The notes below the pieces were generated by a model. The model worked only from the letters and a program-made list of their open reading frames with translations. It had not been told where the DNA came from and did no database searches. From the NCBI GenBank assembly GCA_016786485.1, contig JAEUWD010000026.1:12964-76963 (forward strand): a DNA stretch of 64,000 nt. The letters run 5' to 3'. The stretch comes from Bacteriovoracaceae bacterium (GTDB lineage: Bacteria > Bdellovibrionota > Bacteriovoracia > Bacteriovoracales > Bacteriovoracaceae). The stretch's first letter is position 1. Each line of letters starts with the position of its first letter. Of this stretch, positions 26,805 to 35,934 are shown piece by piece. The position numbers and the translations under genes were made by a program.

Positions 26805-27551
26805 TTAGTTGTGTTGGACGAAGTCAGATTGTTGTTTGGTGAAACTATAAATCGGATCACCTTCACTATTCACCCCATTGGCACAACGATCAAGGAGTTC
26901 GCGTCTGACAACCATGCCATGACGATTATTGATATTATCAGCATCAACCAGGACTTTAAGGCGATTGCTATACTCTTTGATGAATTGACCGGCGCTATTC
27001 TTAACTGCGTAGTCCACATCAAAGCAATACATATGCATATCACCATCACATAATTCTTCGCCTGAATAGAAATAAAACTGAGTATAGAGGTTTGAACCAA
27101 TGGGATACGTACGGGCAATATCCCCTGACATATTTTGATTACATAAATTTGCTAAAAATCCTTGCTGGTCTGACTGAAAATCTTCAAAGTAATCATTGCT
27201 AGGACCTGAGATTTTTTCAAATGTTTTCAAGCCACCAGTAGTTTTTAGTTTTAAATTCGCGACACCAGTCGCAACAGGAGCACCGGCACAGGTTTGATTG
27301 GAACCGTTGTATTCCCAAGTTTTACCGAGAAACAAACTTCCGGCCAAAGAATTGTGCGTATTAAAGGCAGAACAAATTTTGCTTAAAATATTTTTTTCAT
27401 TCGAAGGTAAAACAGCGTCGTCACCAATAGACACTAAAGCACCTAAACGTGCTTCTGCACCACTACCGCCCTTATTTTCATAGGCGCCACAAGCCACTAA
27501 CAAAAAGAGACAGAATGTATTTCGCAGTTTCATCTTTTTCCTATTCAGCAA
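26805..27551 (-). CDS. Lipoprotein, six-Cys family (paralogue of 26048-26761)
   Basis: 248 aa with lipobox 'LLVACG'. Cys-Cys gaps are about 27/48/30/7/46 aa, against 28/58/27/8/42 in the downstream ORF. Shared 'C[FL]D[VI]D' motif. Confidence 0.75.
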   Translation of the reverse strand: MLNRKKMKLRNTFCLFLLVACGAYENKGGSGAEARLGALVSIGDDAVLPSNEKNILSKICSAFNTHNSLAGSLFLGKTWEYNGSNQTCAGAPVATGVANLKLKTTGGLKTFEKISGPSNDYFEDFQSDQQGFLANLCNQNMSGDIARTYPIGSNLYTQFYFYSGEELCDGDMHMYCFDVDYAVKNSAGQFIKEYSNRLKVLVDADNINNRHGMVVRRELLDRCANGVNSEGDPIYSFTKQQSDFVQHN

Positions 27552-28419
27552 TTTGCAGTTTTGCCATCGCTACGTTTCGTTGACTCTTCAACGTCGTAAT
27601 GTAGTGACCTAACCACTTCCCTTGTAAACGTGTCAAGGCTTCACTCTCAAAAGAGTTGAAAACCACAAAATCGTTTTGTGTAGTATAACTAATGCCGGTA
27701 TTCATTAAGCTATGGATCAACAACATATTGGCCGCCACTGGAATTTTAAGCACAGCGCGAATCGCCACTGGTGTTTTTAATAATTCAGGACGTGTTTCGA
27801 AATAATTAATTGTATTTTCAAAAATATAGTAATTGTCACTTCGACCGTATTCACAAAGTGTTTCAAGCTCTGAAAGATTTTTTTGATAGTGAACAAGAAG
27901 CGCTTCGTTCACTAATTTTTCGACCGAAGCTTTTCCTTTCATCATTTGGTGAACTTCATTTTTATTCGCAAGAGTTAGTGCTAATTCTGGGAAGTAAGCT
28001 AATTGGCTTTCGCTCAAGCTTGAGTACTGAGAATTATTGACGACTGAAGTTTGGCTTTTTTCACTGACTGATTTTAGTGCATCGTCGTTGATTAATAATT
28101 CGTGGTGAAACTGTGGACATGAATTTAAAGTTTCAGTTTTATGATTTAAATAATTTTTAAGGATTAAATGTTGCGAATACAAAGTTAAAAAATAAATTTT
28201 CTTATTTGAAACTTCTTGAAATTTGCGGCCTGACTCACTTGAAGCTGGGGCCCGCTGATTGGTAAATTTGTAATCCATCAAATAAAAATTCGGCATGCCA
28301 GAGGCCACTTCGTGCGTTTCTACTCGATTAAACGATTCTGCTTGTTGAGCGACTTCAATGGAAGCGGTAGCGCAGCCAACCAGAAAAAAGAGTGCATAAA
28401 GATTTGTAATTTTATTCAT
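27541..28419 (-). CDS. Lipoprotein, function unknown
   Basis: 292 aa with lipobox 'FFLVGCA'. First gene of a three-lipoprotein operon and overlaps the next gene by 11 nt. Confidence 0.75.
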   Translation of the reverse strand: MNKITNLYALFFLVGCATASIEVAQQAESFNRVETHEVASGMPNFYLMDYKFTNQRAPASSESGRKFQEVSNKKIYFLTLYSQHLILKNYLNHKTETLNSCPQFHHELLINDDALKSVSEKSQTSVVNNSQYSSLSESQLAYFPELALTLANKNEVHQMMKGKASVEKLVNEALLVHYQKNLSELETLCEYGRSDNYYIFENTINYFETRPELLKTPVAIRAVLKIPVAANMLLIHSLMNTGISYTTQNDFVVFNSFESEALTRLQGKWLGHYITTLKSQRNVAMAKLQIAE

Positions 28420-28552
28420 GATGTCCCCCGACGACGTGCATTATCTCATCGGTGATTTCTTGGCCAAGTTGAAGATTTTTATCAATTTTCTTGTTTTTTA
28501 ATGCCCTTCATTTTAATACCTGACTTAAATACTTTTACCGGAGCAGAATCGT

Positions 28553-29029
28553 TTGAGTAAAAAAATGTGGTTAATAAAAAGTGAGCCTGATGTTTTCTCC
28601 TTTGAAAATTTAATGAAGTCCCCAAAATCAACAACTTGCTGGCACGGTGTACGCAATTACCAAGCAAGAAACTACATGCGTGATGAAATGAAGCTGGGTG
28701 ATTTGGTCCTTTATTACCATTCAAACTGTGATGTTCCAGGCGTGGTTGGTATTGCTAAAGTGGTCAAAGAATCTTACCCCGATGCCACGGCCTTCGAAAA
28801 AAAATCTGACTATTTTGATCCAAAGGCGACCAAGGAAAATCCTCGATGGTTCATGGTTGATGTTCAAGCAGTAGCGCCTATGAAACAGCATGTTTCTTTA
28901 GAGGACATCAAAAAAAATAGCAAACTTTCTCAAATGAAATTAGTGCAAAAAGGCAGTCGGCTTTCGGTTCAACCGGTAACTGAAAGTGAATTTCAAGAAA
29001 TTTGTAAAATGGGCAAAGTTAATTTTTAA
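28553..29029 (+). CDS. EVE (PUA-like) domain protein
   Basis: 'MWLIKSEPDVFSFENL', 'WHGVRNYQARNYMRDEMKLGDLVLYYHSN' and 'PGVVGIAKVVKESYPD' match the EVE/THYN1-like family. The start is either TTG at 28553 or ATG at 28565. Confidence 0.85.
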   Translation: MSKKMWLIKSEPDVFSFENLMKSPKSTTCWHGVRNYQARNYMRDEMKLGDLVLYYHSNCDVPGVVGIAKVVKESYPDATAFEKKSDYFDPKATKENPRWFMVDVQAVAPMKQHVSLEDIKKNSKLSQMKLVQKGSRLSVQPVTESEFQEICKMGKVNF

Positions 29030-30140
29030 AAACGTAAAGTCGATTGCGTGAAGAATACATCGCTAAAAAGTCTTTTTCGACTTCCATTTGACCTAAGATA
29101 ACCGATTTATCTGTTCCTAAATGCAACTGTTCTAAGACTTTCAGTTCATCGACTGACATAAGTCGAACACGACCATCATATCCTGCGGCCACGAGATGAT
29201 CGTTCCAAACGCTCATTGAGCTGATACCTTCTTGGTTGAGATTAACCGTTTTTAAAATCGTACCATTACCATCAATTTGCACCACATCGCCTAACAATGT
29301 CCCAACATAAATCTTATCTTTGAAGACGACTGGCTGATGTCCAATCTGAAGATCAATCGCGCGCTCAATCGCACCATTATTAGGATTGATAATATTTAAA
29401 GGACCTGCAGCTGAGCCGGACCAAATACGATCGCGATAATATAATGGTGTGGCATCAACATCGACGAATTTTTGGCCACGTCCAATTTGCGTTTCCCAAC
29501 GTAACACTCCCTCTTCGACTGAAAAAGAAGCTAAGTAACCATCCGCAAAGCCAACAATAACCGTATTACCAACACCGATCGGACGACCCGTACGATGTAA
29601 GGTCGTTGTAAATGGAACCGCTCGGCGATAGCTCCATAAAATTTTCCCCGTCTTAGCATCAAGACTTAAGATCGAGTGATTGCGACTATGAATAAAAATA
29701 CGATCCTTATAAATCAGTGGCGCTGTTTCAATCGGTACTGCCAGATCAATTGAATAGTTCAATTGACCGGTCAAATAATGACGTGAATACAGTCTGCCAG
29801 TGTAAGAACCATAAATGACTTGGTCTTCATAACGTGAAGGCTGACTGCCCAGCGGTCGACGTTCATCAATACTCCACATCATACGACCGTTAGAAAGATC
29901 GTAAACTTCAAAAGTTCCTTTGGCATTTCCGAGAAATAAATAATCTGAACTTAATAAAGGTGAAGTGTAACCAATAGCAAGGTTGCCTGAAGAATAAATC
30001 GGATCAAGTTCACGATTCCAAATCTTCTTAAAACCAAACGATGCCTCTTTTTTCACATGCTCTGGCCTAAATTCAATCGACTTAAGCGATTTATAAAACG
30101 AGCAGCCAGAAAACAGAATCAAGAATGGTAAAAATCTCAT
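29019..30140 (-). CDS. bamB: Outer membrane protein assembly factor BamB-like lipoprotein (PQQ-like beta-propeller)
   Basis: 373 aa with lipobox 'LFSGCSF'. Repeated propeller motifs 'VYDLSNGRMMWSI', 'LSLDAKTGKILWSY' and 'FSVEEGVLRWET'. Overlaps an upstream YfgM-like gene by 4 nt, matching the yfgM-bamB order in enterics. Confidence 0.7.
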   Translation of the reverse strand: MRFLPFLILFSGCSFYKSLKSIEFRPEHVKKEASFGFKKIWNRELDPIYSSGNLAIGYTSPLLSSDYLFLGNAKGTFEVYDLSNGRMMWSIDERRPLGSQPSRYEDQVIYGSYTGRLYSRHYLTGQLNYSIDLAVPIETAPLIYKDRIFIHSRNHSILSLDAKTGKILWSYRRAVPFTTTLHRTGRPIGVGNTVIVGFADGYLASFSVEEGVLRWETQIGRGQKFVDVDATPLYYRDRIWSGSAAGPLNIINPNNGAIERAIDLQIGHQPVVFKDKIYVGTLLGDVVQIDGNGTILKTVNLNQEGISSMSVWNDHLVAAGYDGRVRLMSVDELKVLEQLHLGTDKSVILGQMEVEKDFLAMYSSRNRLYVFKN

Positions 30141-30802
30141 TTAATCTCTTGAATTTTAATTTTAGCTAATTTTGCCATTTCATCATCTGGATATTTACTC
30201 ATAACATATTCGTAATTTTGCTTGGCCTTGGCCCCATTACCTGCTGTTTGGTACAAACGAGCTAATTGATAATATTGACGTGCCGGAAGCAAATTCATTG
30301 GCGAAGCCACCACTTTCTCAGCGACTTGAATTGCCGATTCAAGTTGATTTTGATTTTCATAAACAGTTGTTAACAAGTTCGCAACTACAAAAAAGTTCAA
30401 ACTCTTTTCTGATAGATTTTGATAAGACTTTTCGAGTAGCTTTTGAGCTTCAGCATATTTTTGTTGTTCATTTAAATAACTTGCGGCTGAAATAGTAACG
30501 GAAGCGAAAGCTTCGTGCGTTGTTAAGTCAGACGATAAAGTCTCATAACTTTTCATAAAATCTTCAACTTTCGTTTTACCTTCAAGCAAAGGAAGTAATT
30601 GTTTTTTTTGGAAATTGAAAATTTCTTTTTTTAGTTCTGATAATTGATTTTGTGAACCAGCTCTATAGAAACTAAAACCGAAAATGGCGATAATGAGAGC
30701 AACACCACCCATAATGATTGATTTGCGGTGATGATTTATAAAATGTCCTAGGTCGGTTCGCTCTGCCACTTGTTCAAAAGTTTGTGCTGACTGCTCTGCC
30801 AT
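30137..30802 (-). CDS. YfgM-like membrane-anchored TPR protein
   Basis: 221 aa. Short cytoplasmic N-terminus, one TM ('IIMGGVALIIAIFGFSFY'), then a helical TPR-like region. Architecture and position before bamB resemble YfgM. Confidence 0.5.
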   Translation of the reverse strand: MAEQSAQTFEQVAERTDLGHFINHHRKSIIMGGVALIIAIFGFSFYRAGSQNQLSELKKEIFNFQKKQLLPLLEGKTKVEDFMKSYETLSSDLTTHEAFASVTISAASYLNEQQKYAEAQKLLEKSYQNLSEKSLNFFVVANLLTTVYENQNQLESAIQVAEKVVASPMNLLPARQYYQLARLYQTAGNGAKAKQNYEYVMSKYPDDEMAKLAKIKIQEIK

Positions 30803-30842
30803 GATTATTTCCTTTATATTGCGTGTTAAAACTCTAGAATCC

Positions 30843-30871
30843 TAACAAGCTATTGCCAAAATAACAAGCTA
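30843..30871. repeat. Perfect 10-bp direct repeat TAACAAGCTA x2 in a divergent promoter region
   Basis: Copies at 30843-30852 and 30862-30871, starts 19 bp apart. They flank or overlap a possible TTGCCA-16-TACACT promoter for the OMP gene at 30901. Confidence 0.3.
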
Positions 30872-30900
30872 CTGTACACTTTAATAAAGAGAGTCTTACG

Positions 30901-31395
30901 ATGAAAATTTTATTTTTTATTTTATGTAGCGTTATCATGTCGACAAAGACCATGGCCAACGTCAACACTATTGGACGTCTGGGTGTGGGTTTCAGTAATC
31001 AATTCGTGAATGAAGTGGAAGCCGTTTCATTTAAAATTCAAAAAAGTCGTTCAACTGCAATTGGGATTCTTTTAGGTTTTAAATCTGAAGAAGAAACGAG
31101 TTATGGTATTGGTATAAAAATCTTCCGCAATCTTTATGAAGAACCTAAGATGCGTTTTTTTATGGCCGGTCTTTTTGGGGCCGTGAGTGATCAAGTTGAT
31201 AATGGAACGACCACCGAAACAGAAAGTGGGATTCAAGTCGATGCGACCTTCGGATCTGAGTTCCATTTTAGTGGAATCGAGAGCTTAGGCTTCAGTATGG
31301 AGTTTGGCGCTTCGATGAATACTGTAGGAAGTGAGACAACTATTCAGACAATGGGACATAATTTTCTAAAAGCAGCTGTGCATTTTTACCTCTAA
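30901..31395 (+). CDS. Small outer-membrane beta-barrel protein
   Basis: 164 aa with a signal peptide ending 'TKTMA'. Alternating hydrophobic strands, G/S/T-rich, aromatic near the C-terminus ('AAVHFYL'). Confidence 0.6.
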   Translation: MKILFFILCSVIMSTKTMANVNTIGRLGVGFSNQFVNEVEAVSFKIQKSRSTAIGILLGFKSEEETSYGIGIKIFRNLYEEPKMRFFMAGLFGAVSDQVDNGTTTETESGIQVDATFGSEFHFSGIESLGFSMEFGASMNTVGSETTIQTMGHNFLKAAVHFYL

Positions 31396-31447
31396 ACTTG
31401 CTGGGGAGCACAATTTAGTCTAAGATATTCTCGTGGAGGGCCTTTAA

Positions 31448-32236
31448 TTGCGTAATTTCCTCATCACTTTCTTCCTTTTTATCGCCGGACAAACCTGTTT
31501 CGCTCAAGGCGGTAGTGAGTTTTCAGCGGCTTTTGATGATGATGTTGCTGATAGCGCCGGTTCTGACATCTTTACCGATTTCAATGAAGATTTAGATGAA
31601 TCAAAAATCTTAGAAGATGAACGCTTTTATCGTTACGCACGTTTTTTTAGTTTCAATGTCGGGGTTGGGACCACATCTTATACAGGAAATCGTGGCGCCG
31701 CTTATTATGATAACAATCCTACCTATCATATTTCAGTAAACTATTTTTTTAATTTTAGAACTTCTTTTAATTTAGGATTGGAATATTCTAAACATACTAT
31801 GTTCATTGATACTGAAACTGTTACCTATGATTTCAAACTGGGTGCCGTTGAAACTTCCATGCTTAGACCATTCTTTGGTTTAAGACATTATATCGATACA
31901 ACTAATCTCGGAACCGCTATCACATATGCTAACCCTTATCTCGCTGGTCGATTGGAATACTGGTATCAAACCAATAAATTCGTGCAACGTCCGACTTTAG
32001 CCGATCAGTCAGGTGGTGGGATCGGAATGGGTTTTGGTTTCGGTCTCGAATTCCCAATGGAAGTGAAAGAAAGTTATATCAACTTTGAATTTCTTTATCA
32101 TAGGGTAAATTTCTTCGATAAATTCACCCAAGATTATAAACAAGATACTAACGATACGACGAACTCAACCTATGGTTACGATGACCTGATGGGAGATGCC
32201 TACTCCGTCACACTTAACTACGTTATTTCTTGGTAA
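31448..32236 (+). CDS. Outer-membrane beta-barrel protein
   Basis: 262 aa, TTG start, signal 'FLFIAGQTCFAQ'. Y/G/F-rich amphipathic strands and a C-terminal aromatic ('NYVISW'). Confidence 0.6.
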   Translation: MRNFLITFFLFIAGQTCFAQGGSEFSAAFDDDVADSAGSDIFTDFNEDLDESKILEDERFYRYARFFSFNVGVGTTSYTGNRGAAYYDNNPTYHISVNYFFNFRTSFNLGLEYSKHTMFIDTETVTYDFKLGAVETSMLRPFFGLRHYIDTTNLGTAITYANPYLAGRLEYWYQTNKFVQRPTLADQSGGGIGMGFGFGLEFPMEVKESYINFEFLYHRVNFFDKFTQDYKQDTNDTTNSTYGYDDLMGDAYSVTLNYVISW

Positions 32237-34054
32237 TTATTCTTCTACTCGTTCCACTCGATCTTCACGCGTTAAATTTTTCTTCAAATCTGCTGCCGTT
32301 CTAAACACCAAATGCACAGGCGTATTAATGATTTGAAATTCGCGGCGAATAGCATTCACTAAAAAGCGACGATAATTTACGGGAACACCTTTTGATTTAT
32401 TCACGAACAACATAAACGTTGGTGGAGCATTTTTAACCATCGAAGCGTACTTCACTTTGAAAGTGGTACCACTACGTTGAAGAATAATCGGATTCTGCTC
32501 AACCATCGTTGTTACCAACTTATTAAGTTTCGGTGTTGGAACTTTACGGTGACGAATGAGAATTGTGCGTTTAAGTGATCCCATCAAACCTTTCATATGA
32601 CTGCCCTTTAAGGCCGACAACGGAACAATTTCACAGAAATCTAACCATGGCACACTCGCACGAAGATCATCCATCCAATCTTTTTTACGACGACGATCAT
32701 TGAGAATATCTTGAATCAAATCTGATTTATTCATGGTCAAAATGAGTGACTTACCTTTTTCAAAAGCAATATCAATAAGTCTTCGATCTTGATGAGTAAT
32801 CCCTTTAGTTGAATCCATCATAAAGATGATAACGTCAGCTTCTGCAATCGCACGAAGTGAACGATAAACCGCCTGGCCTTCAATATGACCTTCAACTGCT
32901 TTACTACGACGAATACCCGCCGTATCGACGATTTTTACCGTTCGCCAACCATCTTCTGATTCTGGAATATTAATATCTTCTTCTTCATCTGGAATTTGCG
33001 TTAGATCAAGTTGTGGCTCAACTAAATCAATCGACTCTGCATCCGTTGTATCCGGTTCAAAAGTCGCATCATCTTTATAAATTTCATCCTCTTCTTCAGA
33101 TGCTTCTATTTCCATTTCTTCCACCATCGGGCTTGGACCACCTAAATTATAATCAATTCCCAATTCTTCAGCTTCTTCAATTGTAACTAAGCTATCATTC
33201 TCAACCAAGAATGTGCGGTAAGCCTCAAGTAATTCCTTATTATGCTTACGAAATTCATTTTCTTGCTCAGTCATGAGTTTTGAAGCTTTACCAAAATCGA
33301 GATCAATATAACCTTCAATCGGATCAATCGTTGTTCCTGCAATATCACTCACCAGGGCACGAGATTCGCCGAGCAATTGATTTAATAATGTGGACTTCCC
33401 AACGTTGGGAGCACCAATAATTGCGACACTCGCCACCACATCAAAGTTTGGCGTTACACCGCTCTGTAAAACCTGTGTGGAATTTTTCATTTTGTTAGCG
33501 GCCACACAAAGGCGTTCACTGAGTTCTCTGATACCGCGATTGTGTTCAGCTGAAGTTAAAAGAAATTGGTCCTCAAATAAACCAAGTTCATAAAATTCGG
33601 CTTCATGTCCTGCTTGCACGTCAGTATCGTATTTATTCACGATTAACCAAAAAGGTTTTTTGGTGGCACGTAAATAATCGGCAATGGATTTATCATAAGG
33701 TAATAGGCCTTCGCGAACATCCACCACTAATAAAATCAAATCCGATTCTGCAATGGCGATTTTGGCTTGGTCGCGCATAATATTGAAAAACGGTTCGTAA
33801 TTATTTTTACGCTTAAGATCTTCATCCGTTTCAACTTGCTCAGGATAAAAACCACCGGTATCAACTAAGATAATATCTTCTGATTCATACTCACCAAAAC
33901 TACCCGTTTTCATGATGCCGTAGTGTCGATCACGCGTTACACCTGGAAGATCGTAAGTCATAATTCGATGTTGTTCTTTCATCAAGCGATTATAAATCGA
34001 GCTCTTTCCAACATTCGGTCTCCCAATTAGCGAAACAATAATGGAACGTTTCAT
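32237..34054 (-). CDS. der: Ribosome-biogenesis GTPase Der (EngA) with acidic insertion in G domain 2
   Basis: Two G domains. GD1 has 'GRPNVGKSS', 'GVTRD', 'DTGG' and 'NKYD'. GD2 has 'GAPNVGKST', 'GTTID', 'DTAG' and 'NKSD'. A KH-like C-terminus follows. ATG at 34054 follows GGAGGA and overlaps the era stop (ATGA). Confidence 0.93.
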   Translation of the reverse strand: MKRSIIVSLIGRPNVGKSSIYNRLMKEQHRIMTYDLPGVTRDRHYGIMKTGSFGEYESEDIILVDTGGFYPEQVETDEDLKRKNNYEPFFNIMRDQAKIAIAESDLILLVVDVREGLLPYDKSIADYLRATKKPFWLIVNKYDTDVQAGHEAEFYELGLFEDQFLLTSAEHNRGIRELSERLCVAANKMKNSTQVLQSGVTPNFDVVASVAIIGAPNVGKSTLLNQLLGESRALVSDIAGTTIDPIEGYIDLDFGKASKLMTEQENEFRKHNKELLEAYRTFLVENDSLVTIEEAEELGIDYNLGGPSPMVEEMEIEASEEEDEIYKDDATFEPDTTDAESIDLVEPQLDLTQIPDEEEDINIPESEDGWRTVKIVDTAGIRRSKAVEGHIEGQAVYRSLRAIAEADVIIFMMDSTKGITHQDRRLIDIAFEKGKSLILTMNKSDLIQDILNDRRRKKDWMDDLRASVPWLDFCEIVPLSALKGSHMKGLMGSLKRTILIRHRKVPTPKLNKLVTTMVEQNPIILQRSGTTFKVKYASMVKNAPPTFMLFVNKSKGVPVNYRRFLVNAIRREFQIINTPVHLVFRTAADLKKNLTREDRVERVEE

Positions 34055-35031
34055 GTTCTCCTCCATACGCGAGCTGAGCCTTCGACTCGTGGAAGTCCTA
34101 ATTCTTCAAGAATAAAATTACTCTTAAACCACTTTGGTTTTACTTTAACGTGCAAATTTAAATAAACTTGGCCTTGTAACATGGCTTCGATTTTCTTTCG
34201 GGCCGCAGTTCCAATATCTTTAATCCCCATACCAGAGCGACCAATAACGATGGCACGCTGACTTGGACGATTGACAATAATAGTTGCTGAAATTCGAGCC
34301 GCTAATTGCTCATCACCTGGTTGTTTAAATTTTACTTGGCGATAATCTTTGAATTCTTCAATGGTTACTGCGCATTCATAAGGAAGTTCTTCGCGTAGAA
34401 TTAAAAATAATTGTTCGCGAATAAATTCTGATACGAAAAAGCGTTCGCTCTTATTTGAAACTTCACCATCTGGATATAAATGCTTACGCGACTGTGCACG
34501 ATCAACGATCGCACCAGTGAGAAGATGCACATCATCGCCTTCTTTCGCACTGATTTTATAGAATGCTTCTAGCGTTGGAAGAATTTCTTTCATTTGTAAA
34601 AATGCCGCTTGAATTTTTTCATCACTTAAACGAGTAACATCTGACTTATTGAAAATAACCCAAGTTGGGCCAAGAGCTTCAGTAAAACTTTTCACAACAT
34701 CAGCAAAGTCATTCACCACATCACCAGATAAATCGACCAGAATGAAATTCAAATCAGTTCCGTGCACGCCTTCCTGTGCCTGACCAATCATGCGTTTATT
34801 CATTTCTTGGCTTGATTTATGAATCCCCGGAGTGTCGACCAGAACAACTTCCGTTCTATCCACGGTAAAAACACAGTGAAATTTATTTCTTGTGGTTTGT
34901 GCTTTAGGAGTGACGATACTCAAATCAAAGCCTAGGAGTTGATTGACGAGTGAACTTTTACCTGCGTTAGGCTTCCCTAAAACGGCAATCATAATCTGTT
35001 TGTTCAGCGGATGCTGGTCCTCAAATAACAT
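34051..35031 (-). CDS. era: GTPase Era
   Basis: '[12 protein letters not shown]', 'DTPGIH', 'NKSD' and a C-terminal KH ('[13 protein letters not shown]'). ATG at 35031 follows AAGGA by 5 nt, so I prefer it to the track start at 35067. Overlaps the rnc stop by 11 nt. Confidence 0.93.
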   Translation of the reverse strand: MLFEDQHPLNKQIMIAVLGKPNAGKSSLVNQLLGFDLSIVTPKAQTTRNKFHCVFTVDRTEVVLVDTPGIHKSSQEMNKRMIGQAQEGVHGTDLNFILVDLSGDVVNDFADVVKSFTEALGPTWVIFNKSDVTRLSDEKIQAAFLQMKEILPTLEAFYKISAKEGDDVHLLTGAIVDRAQSRKHLYPDGEVSNKSERFFVSEFIREQLFLILREELPYECAVTIEEFKDYRQVKFKQPGDEQLAARISATIIVNRPSQRAIVIGRSGMGIKDIGTAARKKIEAMLQGQVYLNLHVKVKPKWFKSNFILEELGLPRVEGSARVWRRT

Positions 35032-35761
35032 AATTATCCTTTGGTTTAATTCTATGTTGATATTCATCTAAAACTTGTTTTGCGACTAATTGCTCTGCCA
35101 TCTTTTTAGATTTCGAAACACTTGTGAAGTGTTGACCTAAAAAAACGAGTTTTGCTTCAAAATAAATATTTTTTTCGAGACGGACTTCCGTCACATCATA
35201 TTTTGGAAGACTATTGTATTGGCGCATATAAATTTCTTGTAAACGAGTTTTAGCATCAAACTCGGCCAGACGATCTAGTCCCAACAAATCAACAGATGAA
35301 AACAAATGATAAGTGGTTATGACGTGTAAAAAGATTTTTTGTACTGTCGCGATATCGCTCTCTGAATAGATGGTGCCAAAGAGTGCTTCGAAAACATCAG
35401 ATAGTAATGAACTGCGGTTGCGCCCACCCGTTTTTTCTTCACCTTTGCCTAGTAGCAAATAAGAACCAAGACCTAAATATCGTGCTAAATCGGCTAAAAT
35501 TTCTTCATTCACAATCGAACTACGAAGCTTAGATAAAATACCTTCGGCAATCCCAGGATGTTTTTCTAATAAGACTTGAGTAATAACTAATTGTATAACG
35601 CTATCGCCGAGGAATTCGAGGCGTTGATAAGTTGACATCGTAGGATCATTTTCATGGCCATAAGATTGGTGAGTAAAAGCTTCGATAAGTCTTTCTTGAT
35701 TTTGAAATTGATAATTGAGTTTTTCTTCGAGTGCCTTGAAATTGGCCATCATCAGACTCAT
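35021..35761 (-). CDS. rnc: Ribonuclease III
   Basis: 246 aa with RNase III signature 'ERLEFLGDSV' and a C-terminal dsRBD. Classical rnc-era linkage. Confidence 0.95.
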   Translation of the reverse strand: MSLMMANFKALEEKLNYQFQNQERLIEAFTHQSYGHENDPTMSTYQRLEFLGDSVIQLVITQVLLEKHPGIAEGILSKLRSSIVNEEILADLARYLGLGSYLLLGKGEEKTGGRNRSSLLSDVFEALFGTIYSESDIATVQKIFLHVITTYHLFSSVDLLGLDRLAEFDAKTRLQEIYMRQYNSLPKYDVTEVRLEKNIYFEAKLVFLGQHFTSVSKSKKMAEQLVAKQVLDEYQHRIKPKDNYVI

Positions 35762-35934
35762 CAGAGTTCTCCAGGTCGTCTACGGACACATAATAGTTCC
35801 GCCAAAAAGTGATAAATGCTTATATCCTTTTTTGCACGCAACGCGCAACTTTTTTCTCTATTTTCTATAGATTTTACAATTTCCTGACTTAACTTTTGTT
35901 GGCAGGAGCTACAAAGACGAGTATCGTGGCTCGT

